Shown one piece after another: positions 12,537 through 26,075 of a DNA stretch of 64,000 bases. The stretch spans positions 1-64,000 of the forward strand of contig JAVECO010000102.1 in NCBI GenBank assembly GCA_051942205.1, in the 5' to 3' direction. Origin of the DNA: Coniocarpon cinnabarinum (lineage: Eukaryota). The notes under the pieces were generated by a model. The model saw only the letters and a list, made by a program, of their open reading frames with translations, made no database searches and was not told the origin of the DNA. Position 1 is the first letter of the stretch; the number at the start of each line of letters is the position of its first letter. Made by a program: the position numbers and the translations under genes.

Positions 12537-13197
12537 ATGGCCGACCTCGCACCGAAGTTTGCGCCATTCTTAGGCATGGTACGTTTTACTGACCTACTTG
12601 CAGTAGGTGGCTACATCGTCAGAGCAAGCTAACGCTTACATAGGGAGGCGTTGCTTCAGCCATGGTGTTCGGCTGTGAGTTTTTTCTTCACACAGCTCTT
12701 TCGGAATAATCTTATTGATATGCAAAGGCCTCGGAGCAGCGTACGGCACGGCCAAGGCTGGTATCGGCATCTCAGGCGTCGGAACCTTCAGACCAGATCT
12801 CATCATGAAGTCTCTCATTCCCGTCGTCATGGCCGGTATCATTGCGGTATATGCGCTAGTGATAGCTGTCCTTATCGCGAACAGCATGGGGCCGCCGCCC
12901 CAGCAGAATTACAACTTATTTACGGGCTTCTGTCACTTGGGCGCCGGCTTGAGCGTCGGCATGTCAGGTCTGGCAGCAGGATACACAATCGGCGTAGTGG
13001 GCGATATGGGTGTAAGGGCATACATGCAGCAAAGCAGAATCTTTGTTGGCATGGTCCTGATCCTGATCTTTGGTGAGGTGCTGGGGCTGTATGGGTAAGG
13101 CTGGGACTTTGCTGTTATCCTTGACCTACTATTGACCATACTGACATGCTGCAGCCTTATCGTTGGATTGATTTTGAACACAAGAAGCTCCGGTTGA
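12537..13197 (+). CDS. VMA11: V-ATPase V0 proteolipid subunit c'
   Basis: [61 protein letters not shown]...[25 protein letters not shown]. Three GT-AG introns. Confidence 0.92.
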
Positions 13198-13358
13198 GTA
13201 CGAACACAAGCATTGCATTGCGGTACGGCGTTCAGCGAGCACAGGACTGGTGCATGCACTAGGGATGTACAAGAGCAGGTCGAGGAGACTCGAGGTGTAC
13301 GACGTGCTGCGACAATGGATATTGCCTCAGCACCTGGCTGGCTCGATTTGAGCTCTAT

Positions 13359-15173
13359 TTATTTGCGACCTTTGAAAGTCTTGAGTGGATCAGCCCTCTT
13401 CCTAGGATTCTTCCTCATCTTATTGAATTTATGAGCCCGACGGATGCGGTTTTCGCTCTGTCGGCCGGGCCCAACAAATCCAACATCACTCAGGTCGTTC
13501 GTCGTCGATCCGCCGCCAGGTATCAGATAATCCGGTAAGTTCTTCAGGTGCGGCTGGACACGAGCAGACTTCGTCTCTTGATCATGCCGTAGCCACTTGA
13601 GATCTTCCGGATTTTCCTCCAGATGCCTTTTCAACTTTTCGCTCTTCAACAGCTCCTCTCTCAACTCCTTCAGTCTCGCTTCCCGCACTGCGCCGGGCGT
13701 CACGTTCTTCAAAGCGCTGGCCACACGATAATTCCACCCCTTGATGTCCTCCATTCTGAACGCATAATCCTCCACCTTGTTTCCTCGCTTTTCCTGTGCT
13801 GCCCGTATCGCAACCATGACCGCCTCATCATGTTGAGTAGTTGGAAAGGTGAGTAGTCTGTGTTTATGATACTCTGACCTGGGGACAACGAAGGACATGG
13901 CGATGCCCGCATGTCCCAGTCGTCCTGTTCTGCCGATGCGGTGGGTATATGATTTGGCCGTTGTCGGCAAGTCGAAGTTGAGGACGCAGGTGACATGCTG
14001 AAAGTCGATTCCTCGGGCGATGCCGTAATTTGCATCTCGCGTAGCTTTCTTGTGCTTTTTCATTGAGCGTTTTGATTCTTTACTAGCTGACTCATTTGCC
14101 CCATTTGCGTCAGGCTGCGAAACGGAGGCATCCCTTGGTCGTTTGGCTTGAACAGCATCGTCCACCCCGCCGGCATCGCTCTCGTCGGTGGCAATAATGA
14201 TATCGTATGCACCCCTATTGAATTCTTCTACTACATGCGTCCTAGAATTCACGGGGAGTTCTGCATTCAGAATGCAACTGCGCACGCCAAATTGTTGAAG
14301 AACCATCTTGACCTTGAAGCACCGGTCCACGTCTCCGACAAATATGATGCTCTTTCCACGGAAAAGGTTTAACTTGAACATGACAATGAGTAGCTGGAAT
14401 TTCTCATCCTCTGCACACTTAATTGCGTACTGCATGACGGTTGCCTGTTCTTTCTGCTCTTCTTCCTGAAGGTCGATGACCACCGGATCATGGCAGAACA
14501 AAGCTTTCATCTCATCAACCTCAGTCGTCAGAGTCGCACTAGCAAGAAAGGCTTGAACACCTTGCGTAGGAAGTAGGCCTATCAGAGCTCGGAAGTCTGC
14601 CTCGTATCCATAACTCATGACCAGGTCTGCTTCGTCTACTACAATCCATTGGAGCTCTTTGACTGACAGACTTTTCTTCTCCGCATGTTGTCTTGCTCTT
14701 GCCGGGGTCGCGACGACAACATCTGGCTCCGCTGCAAGTTGTGCATTCTGAGCTTGCTCGGATATCTGAGGAGCGAGGTTGACACACTGAACGTCCCTGC
14801 TGCAAAAGGACGTAAAGAGTTTCAAGACCTTGTGGACTTGAGCTGCGAGCTCGCGGGTTGGAACGAGGATGAGAGCGGATGTCTTTGCGGTCGTAGAGGT
14901 GGTTTTATATGTCAGGATTGATTGAAGCAGAGGAAGAGCATATGCAGCAGTCTTCCCCGTGCCAGTCTTTGCCCGTGCGAGTACGTCTTTGCCCTTTAGA
15001 GCAGGGGCAATTGCTTTGGCTTGTATGGATGTTGGTTTCGAGAAGTTCTCACTTGCAACGGCCTGTTGTAACCGCGGATCAAGTTGAAAATCAGCAAATG
15101 AGGTTGGTTTGGGACTCGGATGATCTTCCCGTGCCTCAGTGGGCACATCATCTACGTTGAGCTTTCGCTTCAT
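13359..15173 (-). CDS. DBP9: ATP-dependent DEAD-box RNA helicase Dbp9
   Basis: AKTGTGKT, PTRELA, DEAD, SAT, ARGIDF, HRIGRTGR motifs; family-specific NAELPVNSR, LKSEKLKRH and C-terminal DPLKTFK. Intronless ORF. Confidence 0.93.
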   Translation of the reverse strand: MKRKLNVDDVPTEAREDHPSPKPTSFADFQLDPRLQQAVASENFSKPTSIQAKAIAPALKGKDVLARAKTGTGKTAAYALPLLQSILTYKTTSTTAKTSALILVPTRELAAQVHKVLKLFTSFCSRDVQCVNLAPQISEQAQNAQLAAEPDVVVATPARARQHAEKKSLSVKELQWIVVDEADLVMSYGYEADFRALIGLLPTQGVQAFLASATLTTEVDEMKALFCHDPVVIDLQEEEQKEQATVMQYAIKCAEDEKFQLLIVMFKLNLFRGKSIIFVGDVDRCFKVKMVLQQFGVRSCILNAELPVNSRTHVVEEFNRGAYDIIIATDESDAGGVDDAVQAKRPRDASVSQPDANGANESASKESKRSMKKHKKATRDANYGIARGIDFQHVTCVLNFDLPTTAKSYTHRIGRTGRLGHAGIAMSFVVPRSEYHKHRLLTFPTTQHDEAVMVAIRAAQEKRGNKVEDYAFRMEDIKGWNYRVASALKNVTPGAVREARLKELREELLKSEKLKRHLEENPEDLKWLRHDQETKSARVQPHLKNLPDYLIPGGGSTTNDLSDVGFVGPGRQSENRIRRAHKFNKMRKNPRKRADPLKTFKGRK

Positions 15174-16678
15174 ACTGCTCAAATTCAGTGTAAATGGATA
15201 CGAGGTGCCTGCAAGAGAAGCTTGGAAATTGCTTGACTAGATCCGCCAAGATTTCTCGTGGGGCTAAAAAGCACGCCGAAGATCACATCAAGCTTTCACG
15301 AGGTTCCCGAAGTGGTAAACGTCTACGTATTGAACTTCACTTATAGAAAGCAACCAATCAATCGCTTTACGTCCCGATGCTCATCACTGTTCAGACGTCT
15401 AAGCTAGGGATAAGAGGACGCGTTGACCAATACCAAGTCTTTAATTGGCCGTTTGGCGATGCCGTCACGCTTCTGATCATTGCCCTCTCTCGTCATCGTT
15501 GGTCTGAGTGACTGTGGTGACGTGAAGCTCTGATCTGTACTCGAGACAATATCCTGCTAGGAGAGTCCTCATAACCCTCTATCTCTAGACAGCTGAGCTT
15601 GGTGGCATTGTTAAAGTGGTTTCTTGGGTATGAATATCCACGAAGACAGCGCCCTATGCCCAGCCAAGGTCTCTGCTTATAAGAACGTTTCTTTGAAAGC
15701 GACTCGTGCTCCAAACCAGAATCTTATGAAACATTTTCTTTTGCCACGTTGAAAGACAAACAAATACTTCTGATGTGTCTCATTCTTGTTCCTTCGGCAG
15801 AAATTTTTAATACCTCTGCTGGCCCGAGACCAACCATGGTACCTTGCTATCACATGCACTCATTCCACTGAACTTTACTCGGGTGCTTCATCTCACATCC
15901 ATTTGCTAAGTGACTGACGGGCTGTGCCTAAACTTTCCGCAGTACAAAACGGCTAGAAGTATAGTATCTGCAGGAGAGCATGCACAAGATTCTGGACGCA
16001 GCGTATAGCGATGATGGGAGCAGCGCCTGATTAACATGATTTCAATCCACGTGAGGATGGCTCTACAGGTCCAAAGCACATTCTTCTACGTCCTGCGAAA
16101 TGCTTCAATCCTTTTGCCATCACTGCTCAGCCTCACGACCTTCTTTTGGGATAAATCAGTAAAGTGAATGTCCCTGTTATGATCCTCACATTTGTACTGG
16201 ATCTTGGACAAAGCTAGGTGCGAGCAGCAACTGGCTGGAGCAATCAGCAGCTTATATAAGGTACGAGAATTCGGGAGTCTCAAGATGAAGACACGCACAC
16301 GGACGAGCGCAACATGCAGCAGTCACGATTGACGTGTCTAGTAGATCTCACTTGGAATTTCCTATTCGGACTCTTATCGTCTTTCTAGGGTGCAGGACGA
16401 GGAAGCAAGGGCAAATTTTGAGAAAATGAATTAAACGCCGTGCTGTCTTGACCGCTCGTCGGCTTGCGGTGTCGTCTGAGAGAGCAACTCTAACATGTCA
16501 AATAATATGAGGACGTCGACCTACGAATGTCGAAGACGTCGACTTGAGCAAGCAGCTGCACGTACTCATGCCTCGTATAATTACAGATGTATTATGTAAG
16601 GCCTTGACTTACTCTCAATAGCAATCAGGCTTGCTTGCTCTCGAGCTGGCGAGGCAAGGGGTCTCAAATTATGCTAGG

Positions 16679-17516
16679 CTAGTAGCCCTTCGCACCGGGT
16701 GCGTTCTCATCTTTTTGCAGGTCCTTCAAAAGGTCTCGGAATTTCTCCTTCCCTTCTGCGGCGCCGCCCCCTTTCCCACCCTTAACGTCAACGAGTTTGG
16801 CGATGCGCTCCCAACTGGTGCCGCCGCTGGTTGTATCGTCGCGCTTGTTCAGGAATTCTTCTGCATCCTTTCGCGTAGTCTGAATACCCTTGTCTTTCTT
16901 GTTATTGTAGTTTTCATAGAAATCATCGATCGCTTGCCGTGCTCCTCGCTCCGTCTCTTCTTTGCGTTGTGCGTACACTTCCTCGCGAGACTGAATTGCC
17001 ATGTTCCTTCGCTCGCGCCAATCCTTGATGACTTGTGGTTCCTCTTCGTAATCGAACGACGGAGCAGGCGGCGCAGATGAGCCTATGCGATCTGCACCTG
17101 TGATCGACCCTCCTGGACCAACGTTCTGGTGGTTCTCTTTAGTGCCGTGAGACAAGCGCCTCAATCTGCGCGCGCGCATACCTCATTACGTCCATCAACA
17201 GCGGGAAAGTTTTGTTGAAAACTCAGCTCCTCGTGACTGGTACCATTGACGCCCACCGCACCTCCATCCATCAAGTCCCCTGGGTCATCATTTGGTGAAG
17301 CGAACTGGTCGGCATCATCGCCGAGAGCGGCGCGCTCACGCGACAGAAAATCATCTGTAGAGTCGCCCCCGCCGCCCAGTAAATCGTCTGAGCCATTCGT
17401 CGCGGCTGCAGGGGCAGCACCTGACACTGTCAGTCAACAGCTCACAGGCAATGTTTAAGGGGGCATATGTTCTGACCAGAGTCGATCTCTTCGATGGACG
17501 GGAAGCGGTCGGTCAT
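16679..17516 (-). CDS. CLC1: Clathrin light chain
   Basis: MTDRFPSIEE start, DFLSRERAALGDDADQF, EEPQVIKDWRERR, GTSWERIAKLVD, C-terminal APGAKGY. Two introns. Confidence 0.92.
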
Positions 17517-18009
17517 AGTAAAGCACGACTCAGAGAAACCCCGGAAGGCGAAAGGAACAGAATCAGTATTCTGAAGAGGCAAAGTTAAAACAACTTGAAA
17601 CTCAAATCGCTGCCGGGAGCACTTGCTGCATTGAAGATACGCTAGCACTCTGCTGGAACACGCGGAGGCGTTCCGCGTTTTCATGTGCTCAGAGGTCCAC
17701 CTAAGCTCCGAAGCCTCGACTGGATAAATGCTATCACAAAGCAACTTTGTAACGAGTGTGACTCGATTGTAATCTTCACAATACAACCACTGAACACGCT
17801 TGCCACCTCTCGCTGAAGACATACTACTACTTGGTCAGTTGCACAGACAGTCGAAGGCGCAACTCGAAGCTTCTCAACACACGCAACACCTTCACTTTGG
17901 CCGATGTTATATTTTTTCCTACCATTCTCTTGATTTGTTCTTCCAACGAAGCTTGGCCGTGCGAATTCGGAACTGGGACGGAGAGCGCGCAGCTGAGCAT
18001 CGGGCCACA

Positions 18010-19391
18010 ATGGCGTACAATGACGAAACAGTCAGGGCGAAATTGTCGCAACTGAACGAGACCCAAGATAGCATTATGACTGTATCTCAATGGATTCAAT
18101 TTCACAAGTACGCATTGTCTTTCTTCCCTGATATGCAAGACTATCTACTAGATACTGACTTGTTGCGAAAAGACGACATGCGAGCCGCACAGCCCAAATA
18201 TGGGCCAAACAAGTCCTGTCCGCCTTTCCTCCCAAACGGCTGAGCCTCATCTACCTGGCAAATGATGTCGTTCAGCAGACCAAGAATCGCGGCAAAGGCG
18301 ATTTCTATCAAGCTTTTTCTCCGGTCATCGTCGACGCTTTTGGCGAGGCGTATTCCAGCGCAAACAGCGACACACGTAACAAACTCCGGCGCGTGTCTGA
18401 GATCTGGCGTGCGCGCAATGTCTTCGACCCCGATGTGCAGAACGCCATCGAGAAGAAGATGAGTGACGTCGACAAAGGTCGCGGTGCCAAAGGCAAACTC
18501 GGTGGTGATCTGTTCGCAAGCGGCGGCAGTAGTGATGCTGCTGTGCCCTCAGAGCTGAAGGAGCTCGTCAATCTTCAAACAAACCTCAGCAAGGCCGCGA
18601 TCGCCTCGTCTTCGACCTCTCAAAGCGCGGCCAAAGAATTTGACACCCTCACAGCCCCTGACTATGCTACACCCACTCCACCCGTCCACGCCGCCCGCCT
18701 TAATCAACTCCTCAAATCCCTTTCCTTTGCGCATGCCTCCTTGGAGACCACCCTTTCCGCTCGCGATGCTCTTATTAGCGGACTCGAAAAACAAATTACT
18801 GAAAATCGTACGGCTCGCGAGAAGGAAGAGATGGAACTTCGCGATCTTAAGCAAAAGCGACCGGACATCGAGGAGCGCAAAAGCAAGGTCGAAGACGCCA
18901 TCATGCGTGGCCTAAGCGCAGAAGAAGCGGAAGGAGCGACGGCCGCGGCGCCCGTGCAGATGGATGGAAACAACGAGGGAGCAGAGATACCAAGGCCGGA
19001 CTTTGAGGAACTGACGCCTCCGCCAATGCCAATGGAGAGCGTGCCAAATGGCACCGTGGAAAGTCTCGAGGATGATGGTGCTAGGACACCGACCGAGGAG
19101 GTGCCACCCGCTGTGCTTGCTGCGCAGCAGGAGCAAATATCACGGGATCCTAGGAAACGCTCGGGACCTCAGGGAGCGCCCGAGAACGTCGCAGGCATGT
19201 CATCCACGCAGTCGTTGGAAGTTGGAGTAAAACGACCAGGTGATGACATTCTGCCTGGCTCAGTGCTGACGCAGGATCCTCGCCGTCGGAGCTTTGAGAA
19301 CCATACCTTTAAGCGGCGGAAAACAGAAGAGGTCGTGCAAGGAGATGGGCTGGAGGGCTTGGACGATGATGTGGTTGGCATGTTGGGATAG
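18010..19391 (+). CDS. RTT103: RNA polymerase II CTD-interacting domain protein, Rtt103/RPRD-like
   Basis: MAYNDETVRAKLSQLNETQDSIMTVSQWIQFH|...KRLSLIYLANDVVQQ (CID), PTPPVHAARL. One intron at about 18108-18171. Confidence 0.85.
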
Positions 19392-20244
19392 CGACCCCGC
19401 TCAGAGAGCCGGAAATGTTTACAAGCTGCTCCAAAACGACCGAAACGTCAGGATGTGAAGGATCAGTGACTTCTGCGGGACGCACCATCGCACTGTCTTT
19501 TGCGCTGAGCTGCTGAGATGTATGCTGAGACGCATAATCCCTGGACGACAACGTGAGAATACAGCACCCTCTCCGATGTTTCAGGATTGTGTGTGACCGC
19601 GTGCGCAAGCACCCTAGGATGGTGGATTCTACCGCTTTTTGGTAGATGTGTCTTCATTGACCAAATCAAAGATTTTGCTGATGGCCTGTTTCTCCTCTCG
19701 ATACGAAAAACGACTTGTTGCACGCATCTGCGATGGAACTTGAGCCCAACCAACAGCACCGACAGCGCCGTGCGAGTCAATATCAAAGGGTCCAAAGCAC
19801 AAATTTAGAAAGAAAATGAAGCATGCAGGTAAAGTGAGTTCTATGTTGTTATGTACCGTACATCGCATGCGGTGAAATTGCGTTTAAAGAATCGAGCACA
19901 TTGCAGTACAGCAGAAGCTTCTTTTTTACTGCTCTGATGGCTTTCACAGCCGCTTCGTGCTACTTGACACCTGGGTATAAATTGGTAACGCGCTCTGACA
20001 CTGCTTTGCGCTGTGATTGTGAGGCCTAAATAGCTTCACATGATTGTCTCGTCGCTACTCGTCCGCGAACGTTCACAAATTTCCCCCAGCGGCAATTCGA
20101 TCCACTGATCTGGTGCTGCAGAGCAACCTCTCGCACCTCAAGCCTACCATCATCGCTTCTACTCGTTCTCACCCAATATTTCCATTCAAGTGTCACGTCA
20201 AATCCAAAGATCATGATAAATCCAGATTTCTTCACACTTCTCGG

Positions 20245-22296
20245 TCATCTACTCAGCCTTGATCTCTTCTCAAACTCATCTCGCAGCTTGAAACGTTGAA
20301 TCTTGCCACTTGGGGTCTTTGGCAGAGTCTCTACGAAAAACACGTGTTTCGGGATACAGTGGTTGGCCAATCGATCTCGGACAAAATCTCTCACTTTGAC
20401 TTCGTCCAGCTGATCTTGCTCTTGCTGTCCAGCCTCCCGCCTGCGGATAATCGCAGTCGCCACAGCTTCTCCGTACTTCTCGTCCGGCAACGCAAAACAG
20501 CTGACCTCACCCACACCTTCACATCCCAGCAAGATATCTTCGACCTCGCCCGGTCGAACGTTCTCCCCGCCTCTGATAATCAAGTCCTTGAGGCGGCCAG
20601 TAATCCGGACGTAGCCGTGCTCGTCCATGGCCGCTTCGTCGCCTGTGCGCATCCAGGTTTTCTGCTCAGCGGGTGACACGTCATTTGATCTGCCGTCGGA
20701 ATGAGCTTCTTGCACGAGGACTTCAGCGGTTTTGGAGGGATCTGCCCAGTAGCCTGACATGACGCTGTACCCGGAGACGAGGAGCTCGCCCTTTTCATGA
20801 ATGTTTGCGATACGCTCGCTAGGTTGACCGGCAGAGTCCGTGCAGGATGCGACGACCTTAGCAGTAATGTGTGGCATTGTCTTTCCCACTGTTTCCGTTC
20901 TCGCTTTCATACTGTCCTCGGGCGAGGTCATCACCGACACTGGCGACGTCTCCGTCATGCCGTAGCAGATACAGAGGTCTTGCAATCCCAACTCTCTTTG
21001 CAGTCGACGCATCAAAGTCGCTGGTACCTGTGTCCCTGCCGCGATGCCCGTTCTTGAACGATCAAATGCCGCCTTTGGGAACTCTTCTTTCCGCGAGGAC
21101 AGTATCTCCAGGGCTGAGAGGAACATCGTAGGAACACCGTATAAGGCCGTGCACTGCTCTTCTCTCACGGCCGTCAGAGACTCCAGCGCATTGAAAGACT
21201 CACTCGGGAAAACGATGCAGGAACCGTGGGTGGCTGTGGCCATGTAGCCCAGGATGGAGCCAAAGCAATGAAAAAGAGGAGGTGGACAGCACACGACGTC
21301 TTGAGATGTGAGACCCAGGCGTGAGCCAATATGGTAGCCATTATTGAGGATCGAGCGATGGGAGAGGCAAGCAGCTTTCGGGGCGGAGGTCGTGCCAGAG
21401 GTGAATTGAATGTTCACGGTTTCATTTTTGTCGAGCGAGCGAGGGCTGAATGTTGCACTTGATAATGATGGGGCAATGAGGTGAGCGTACGGGGTTAGTG
21501 CACGATGTGAGGGTGCTGGATTGGGTGAGTTGGGTGTCGTGTTGTCGACGAAGATGATTGATTGCAGAGAAGGGACGAGCTCGGAGGAGATCTGGCTGGA
21601 GTCGAGGTCGGCGACAAGGTGTTGGATTGTAGATAGATTTGGCGAAGGCGGTTTTCGAGGGAGATTGGTCTCGGCTGAGATGATGAGATGAGAAACTGTG
21701 AGATGGGCAAGCGCGGATGCGACCTGAGGAGCGGTGAAGGCTGGATTCAGAGGCGTCTACAAAAGATGAGCTCAGAGGTTGCAACCTTGTGGGAGCTTCG
21801 AGGGACACACACAAGGATAGCACCAAGCTTAAAGAGAGCATAGGTGAGCTAATTGCTCCTAGTCAATAAGAGCTAACATGTCAAGATATAGGGTCAGATT
21901 TACAGTGGCAAATTCAACTCCATTGCCAAGTGAAACGGCTACTCTGTCGCCTTTCGTCACGCCACGTTCCTCCAGTCCACGTGCGAGGTGGCTACTCTCC
22001 CTATCAAGAGCAGCATAGCTCAAACGTTTACGCTGGTGACGTGACACAACAGCTGCATGGTCTCCATACTGTGACACCACGGAAGCGAAGTGCTCCGGTA
22101 TGGTCTGCTCCAACAAGGGTGGCTACGTATAATTAGCCCGGGGTGTTGCACGATTAACTAAGACAGGTCAAGGACGGACTTGTGACGGGCCAGTGTCATA
22201 CGCTTGAGTGAGCAGAAAACGCTTCGATCTGATGGCATGCCAACGATAGCGCTGACGGCTCAACAGTCGCCATACTGGGCCACAAATCTTTCGCAT
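20245..22296 (-). CDS. AMP-dependent acyl-CoA synthetase (ACSF2-like), probably mitochondrial
   Basis: NIQFTSGTTSAPKA, YGMTETSP, RTGD, GRLKDLIIRGGEN, LPKTPSGKIQR. Three introns join an Arg-rich presequence-like start (MRKICGPVWRLLSRQRYRW). Confidence 0.88.
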
Positions 22297-23319
22297 AGCC
22301 GAGGAAAAGAGGGCGGCGAGATGCAAAGAGAGGATACTTCCAGAATCTTTCCCTGTTGTTCAAGTCAAGCGAGTGAAGATTACCTACCCCAGATTCCGCC
22401 CCGCCGGCCCAGAAAGGAGTGGAGTGCACTAGCCCCAGGCGCAAACCTTAGGGGCCATTCCAGTCCCCGGTGCGCCTCTCTCTCCTTTTCGCTCCCTCGT
22501 TTCTTCCATGGCGTACGTATGCCCAAACTCCCCGAGATATGCCAGCCCTGTCTCACTTCTCTGCAGACTGCTGCGGATCAAGGTCTGTGCAGCCACCCTG
22601 CATTGCTTCTCTTTGCAAGGTTCAAAATAGCAAGGACCGACAAGTATGTTCCCAAAAGAGCAATGAATACAGATGTGATGCAGTCACTTAACTCCTTTCG
22701 CTTGCGATGACAATCAATACACGCCGGGCGCGCAAAACGGCCAAGTATCCAAGATGCGTCTTTGCCCGCCTGCACTCGACTACCGATAACCGCGGTTAAA
22801 CGAAACTGCCGTGGTTCATCGACATCTGCCATGAATTGTGGCCTATACCAAGGCGCCAGCGAGTTGTATTATACATGGGCGAAGCAGGAGAGTGGTCGAG
22901 ACCGAGATGCCAAGTCGCGTGGTCCCATCGGTTCCCAACGATCCCTGTCGCCTGCGCCACGACATTGGCCCCGCTAGAGCATCTCGAGGGTGCGTCCAGG
23001 GAGGTCGAGAGCTGCACCAGCCTGCCTGCACGCCCTCCCAGGTTCCTGACACGCCAGAACGCCAGATCTCCCAAGACAGAACCCCGCATCTCCTGGGGGC
23101 CTGCGCTGCGCTGTCATTGGCAGCGGAAGTGATGCCACGCTCTTCCTACACGCGTGCAGCGCTCGGCAGATATGCACGATCCTTCGACTCGCTCGGCCAT
23201 GGCCATGGGCTGGTCAGAGGTCTTAAAGTGGTCCTCTCGCCTGGCTCTTCCTGGCCCTTGGTTTCTGGCTGATCAGCGAGCCGGCCCCCCTTGACAACGG
23301 CACTGACAATTGCCCCATC

Positions 23320-25228
23320 ATGGCCACCCGTGCAGACGCTGAGAAGTTTGACATCATCACCGAGCACAATGAAGCCAAGCCCTCGTTTGACTTTGACAAG
23401 TCGGTCTCGAGTGACGATTCGATCTTTGAGCGCTTCTCGGAGGAGGACACGAAGAGGGTGATTCGCAAGATTGACCGAAGACTCATCCCAATATGTGGGA
23501 TCATGTACTGCGTCAGTCTGCTGGATCGTACCAATCTTTCCAATGCCGCCATCGCTGGGTAAGCCAGCATATCGTGGTGATCAGTATGCTGTGCGTGCTG
23601 ATAGACTGTAGCATGACGGCGGAGCTCAAACTGCAGACGAAGAACCCCGATCGCTACGTAAGTGTATTCATGGAGGGCCGACACGATCCCAATCTGACAG
23701 ATCCATCTAGTCCGTCGTCACACTCGTTTTCTTCATCACATACGTCCTCGGCCAGCCTCCGACTACAGTCTTGACGCGCTTTCTCGGCCCACGTGTCTTT
23801 TTAGGCACAATCACTCTCTTCTGGGGCGCGACCATGATCGGCTTCGGCTTCGTCAAGGATTGGAAAACGCTGGTCGGTCTGCGTGTCATTTTGGGCGTTC
23901 TCGAGGTATGTGTTGGTCCCGCTCTGCAATGCTGAGTCTTGCTGTACTAACGCCTTGTCTTACTAGGCTGGATTTTTCCCAGGATGTGTATACCTCCTAA
24001 GCACATGGTATAGACGCTGTGAGTCGCGAATGCGAGGCTGGCACGCGCTATCGGAAGCATTGTTCATACTAACTTGTTTCCCAAGATGACATGGGTAAAC
24101 GATACGCTCTCTTCTACCTTATCGGTTGCGTTGCCTCGGCCTTTGGCGGCATCCTAGCCTATGGCCTCATGCAAATGGAAGGCATCCGCGGATATGGCGG
24201 CTGGCGCTGGATCTTTATCATCGAGGGCTGCGTGCGTACTTCTCAAATCCCTGAATGCTATCTTTCGCCCATCTCTAACACATGCCCTAGATTACGTGTC
24301 TCATCGCCTTCCTTGGTTACATCTTCCTCACATCCTTCCCTGACAACACTAACCCCCGGTCTATCCGCTTCCTCACACCCGACGAACGCCGCCTGGTCAT
24401 CGCCCGCGTCAATCAAGACCGCGGGGATGCCGATCTCGAACCCTTCAACCTCAAGAAATGGGCTAGTGGCGGTCTTGACCTACGCGTCTGGGGCTACGGT
24501 ATTTGTAGGTCCCCTTTCTCCCCCTTCGATATCTCCACATCTGCGAGAGTTTCCCTACGCTCTCGCTAGCTCTTCCTTTGTCCGTCCAAATTTCGAAGCG
24601 CGCCTCGCAGCACTAACACCCCACCTTCCCAGGCTTCGGCTGCGCCACGACCGTCACCTACGCCCTCGCCTACTTCCTCCCCATCATCCTCAAAAACGGC
24701 CTCGGCTACGACACCGGCACCTCCCAATGCCTCATCGCGCCCCCCTACGCCTTCGCCGGCATCGTCATGTTCGCCACCGGCTGGGCAGGCGACAAGTACC
24801 GCCAGCGCGGCGCCATGGTCGCCTTCAACGCCATGCTCTGCATCATCGGCCTCGCCGTCATGGGGTGGACGTATCAAGACCAGCGCGCCCGCTACTTCGG
24901 CATCTTCTTGGCGACCGCCGGCGCCAACGCGAACGTCCCCTGCGTCCTGACGTACCAGGCGAATAATATTCGGGGCCAGTGGAAGCGCGCGTTTTGCTCG
25001 GCGATCTTGGTGGGGATGGGCGCCGTCGGTGGGATTGTGGGGAGTACCGTCTTCCGGAGTGAGGATACGCCTACTTATGTGCCCGGGCTGAGCGTGGCGA
25101 TGGGGGCGCAGGTGCTGATTTTGATTATTGTGAGTGCGTTGACTTTGAGTTTTCGGAGGGCGAATGGACGGGCGGATAGAGAGGGTGGCGTGGTGGAGGG
25201 GATCGAGGGCTTCAGATATACCTATTAA
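23320..25228 (+). CDS. MFS transporter, anion:cation symporter (allantoate/nicotinate-like) family
   Basis: RKIDRRLIP, LLDRTNLSNAAIAG, LEAGFFPG, GWRWIFIIEG, NNIRGQWKRA, C-terminal GFRYTY. Six GT-AG introns. Confidence 0.9.
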
Positions 25229-26075
25229 AGCGTTACGGAGGCTAGGGGCTGGCCTTGTTGAGCGGCTGAGCGGTGCATGCAGAAAGAGCATTGACGCGGA
25301 GATGTGTATATGACTCTGTCATGAATGAAAGCTGATTTCATTTGCAAGAAATTGCAAAAGTACATGTCCCTACTCCATTACTCGGCGCCGTCTTCCTTAT
25401 GTCACATGCTGCATGGTGGGTGCGTCGACCGATTTGTGAACCAGTCTTTGGCTCCGTTTCCTTGCCAATCCCATATCACCTGTCTTGAAGTTCACCAGGG
25501 CGTCCTTCTATACCGCATACAACCACCTCGTCCACCTCATCACACGCACCGATGCGAAAGTCGCTGGGGCACTTTATCAGCTCTGCAGACGTTTCAGTGC
25601 CCTACTCTTAAAATGTCGAAGTACTTTTTGGAGGTCAATTGCTCCAAAGCTTAGTTCCTTGTCCCTCACAGCGTCAGATCACGATATCAGACGGTTCGCC
25701 CCTTTCGTGTGTCCTGGGATCACGATTGAGGTCTTTTGAAATCATTCGCTGTTAAGACAAAAGTTTGCTTCCATCTTTATGAATTGAGAATGTCGTGGCC
25801 GTGAACGGTACGAAGCGGCTTCTCCTTCGAGCAAGCTGGATTCATGCTGAGATGGCTTTCTTTTTTGTGAATATTGGCGATTGCATTTCTGCTCCGTTGT
25901 ACATACTCCATTGTACTTGAAGGAGAGTGTGGCGTTTTTTATGCCTCGAAGATGTTCATTGCTTAGCTGCAGGATCGCGTGAATTTGAGAGAAGGCTTGA
26001 AACACAGCTACACTCAAGTGTCCAAGAAGGACTTCAATGCTCCAGAACGCCTGGAGACGGTCCATGTGATGACTG

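Noticed and set aside
12579..12643. Possible stwintron in VMA11 intron 1 (internal tactgac...cag)
   Set aside because: The internal intron would be only about 25 nt and the two-step product is out of frame; normal splicing gives the correct protein.
15400..16600. Short ORFs between DBP9 and CLC1
   Set aside because: No recognisable motifs or consistent exon structure.
19505..19560. Repeated gctgag resembling a TPP riboswitch
   Set aside because: The downstream TGATC-GGATAAT-CCAGCG core is missing.
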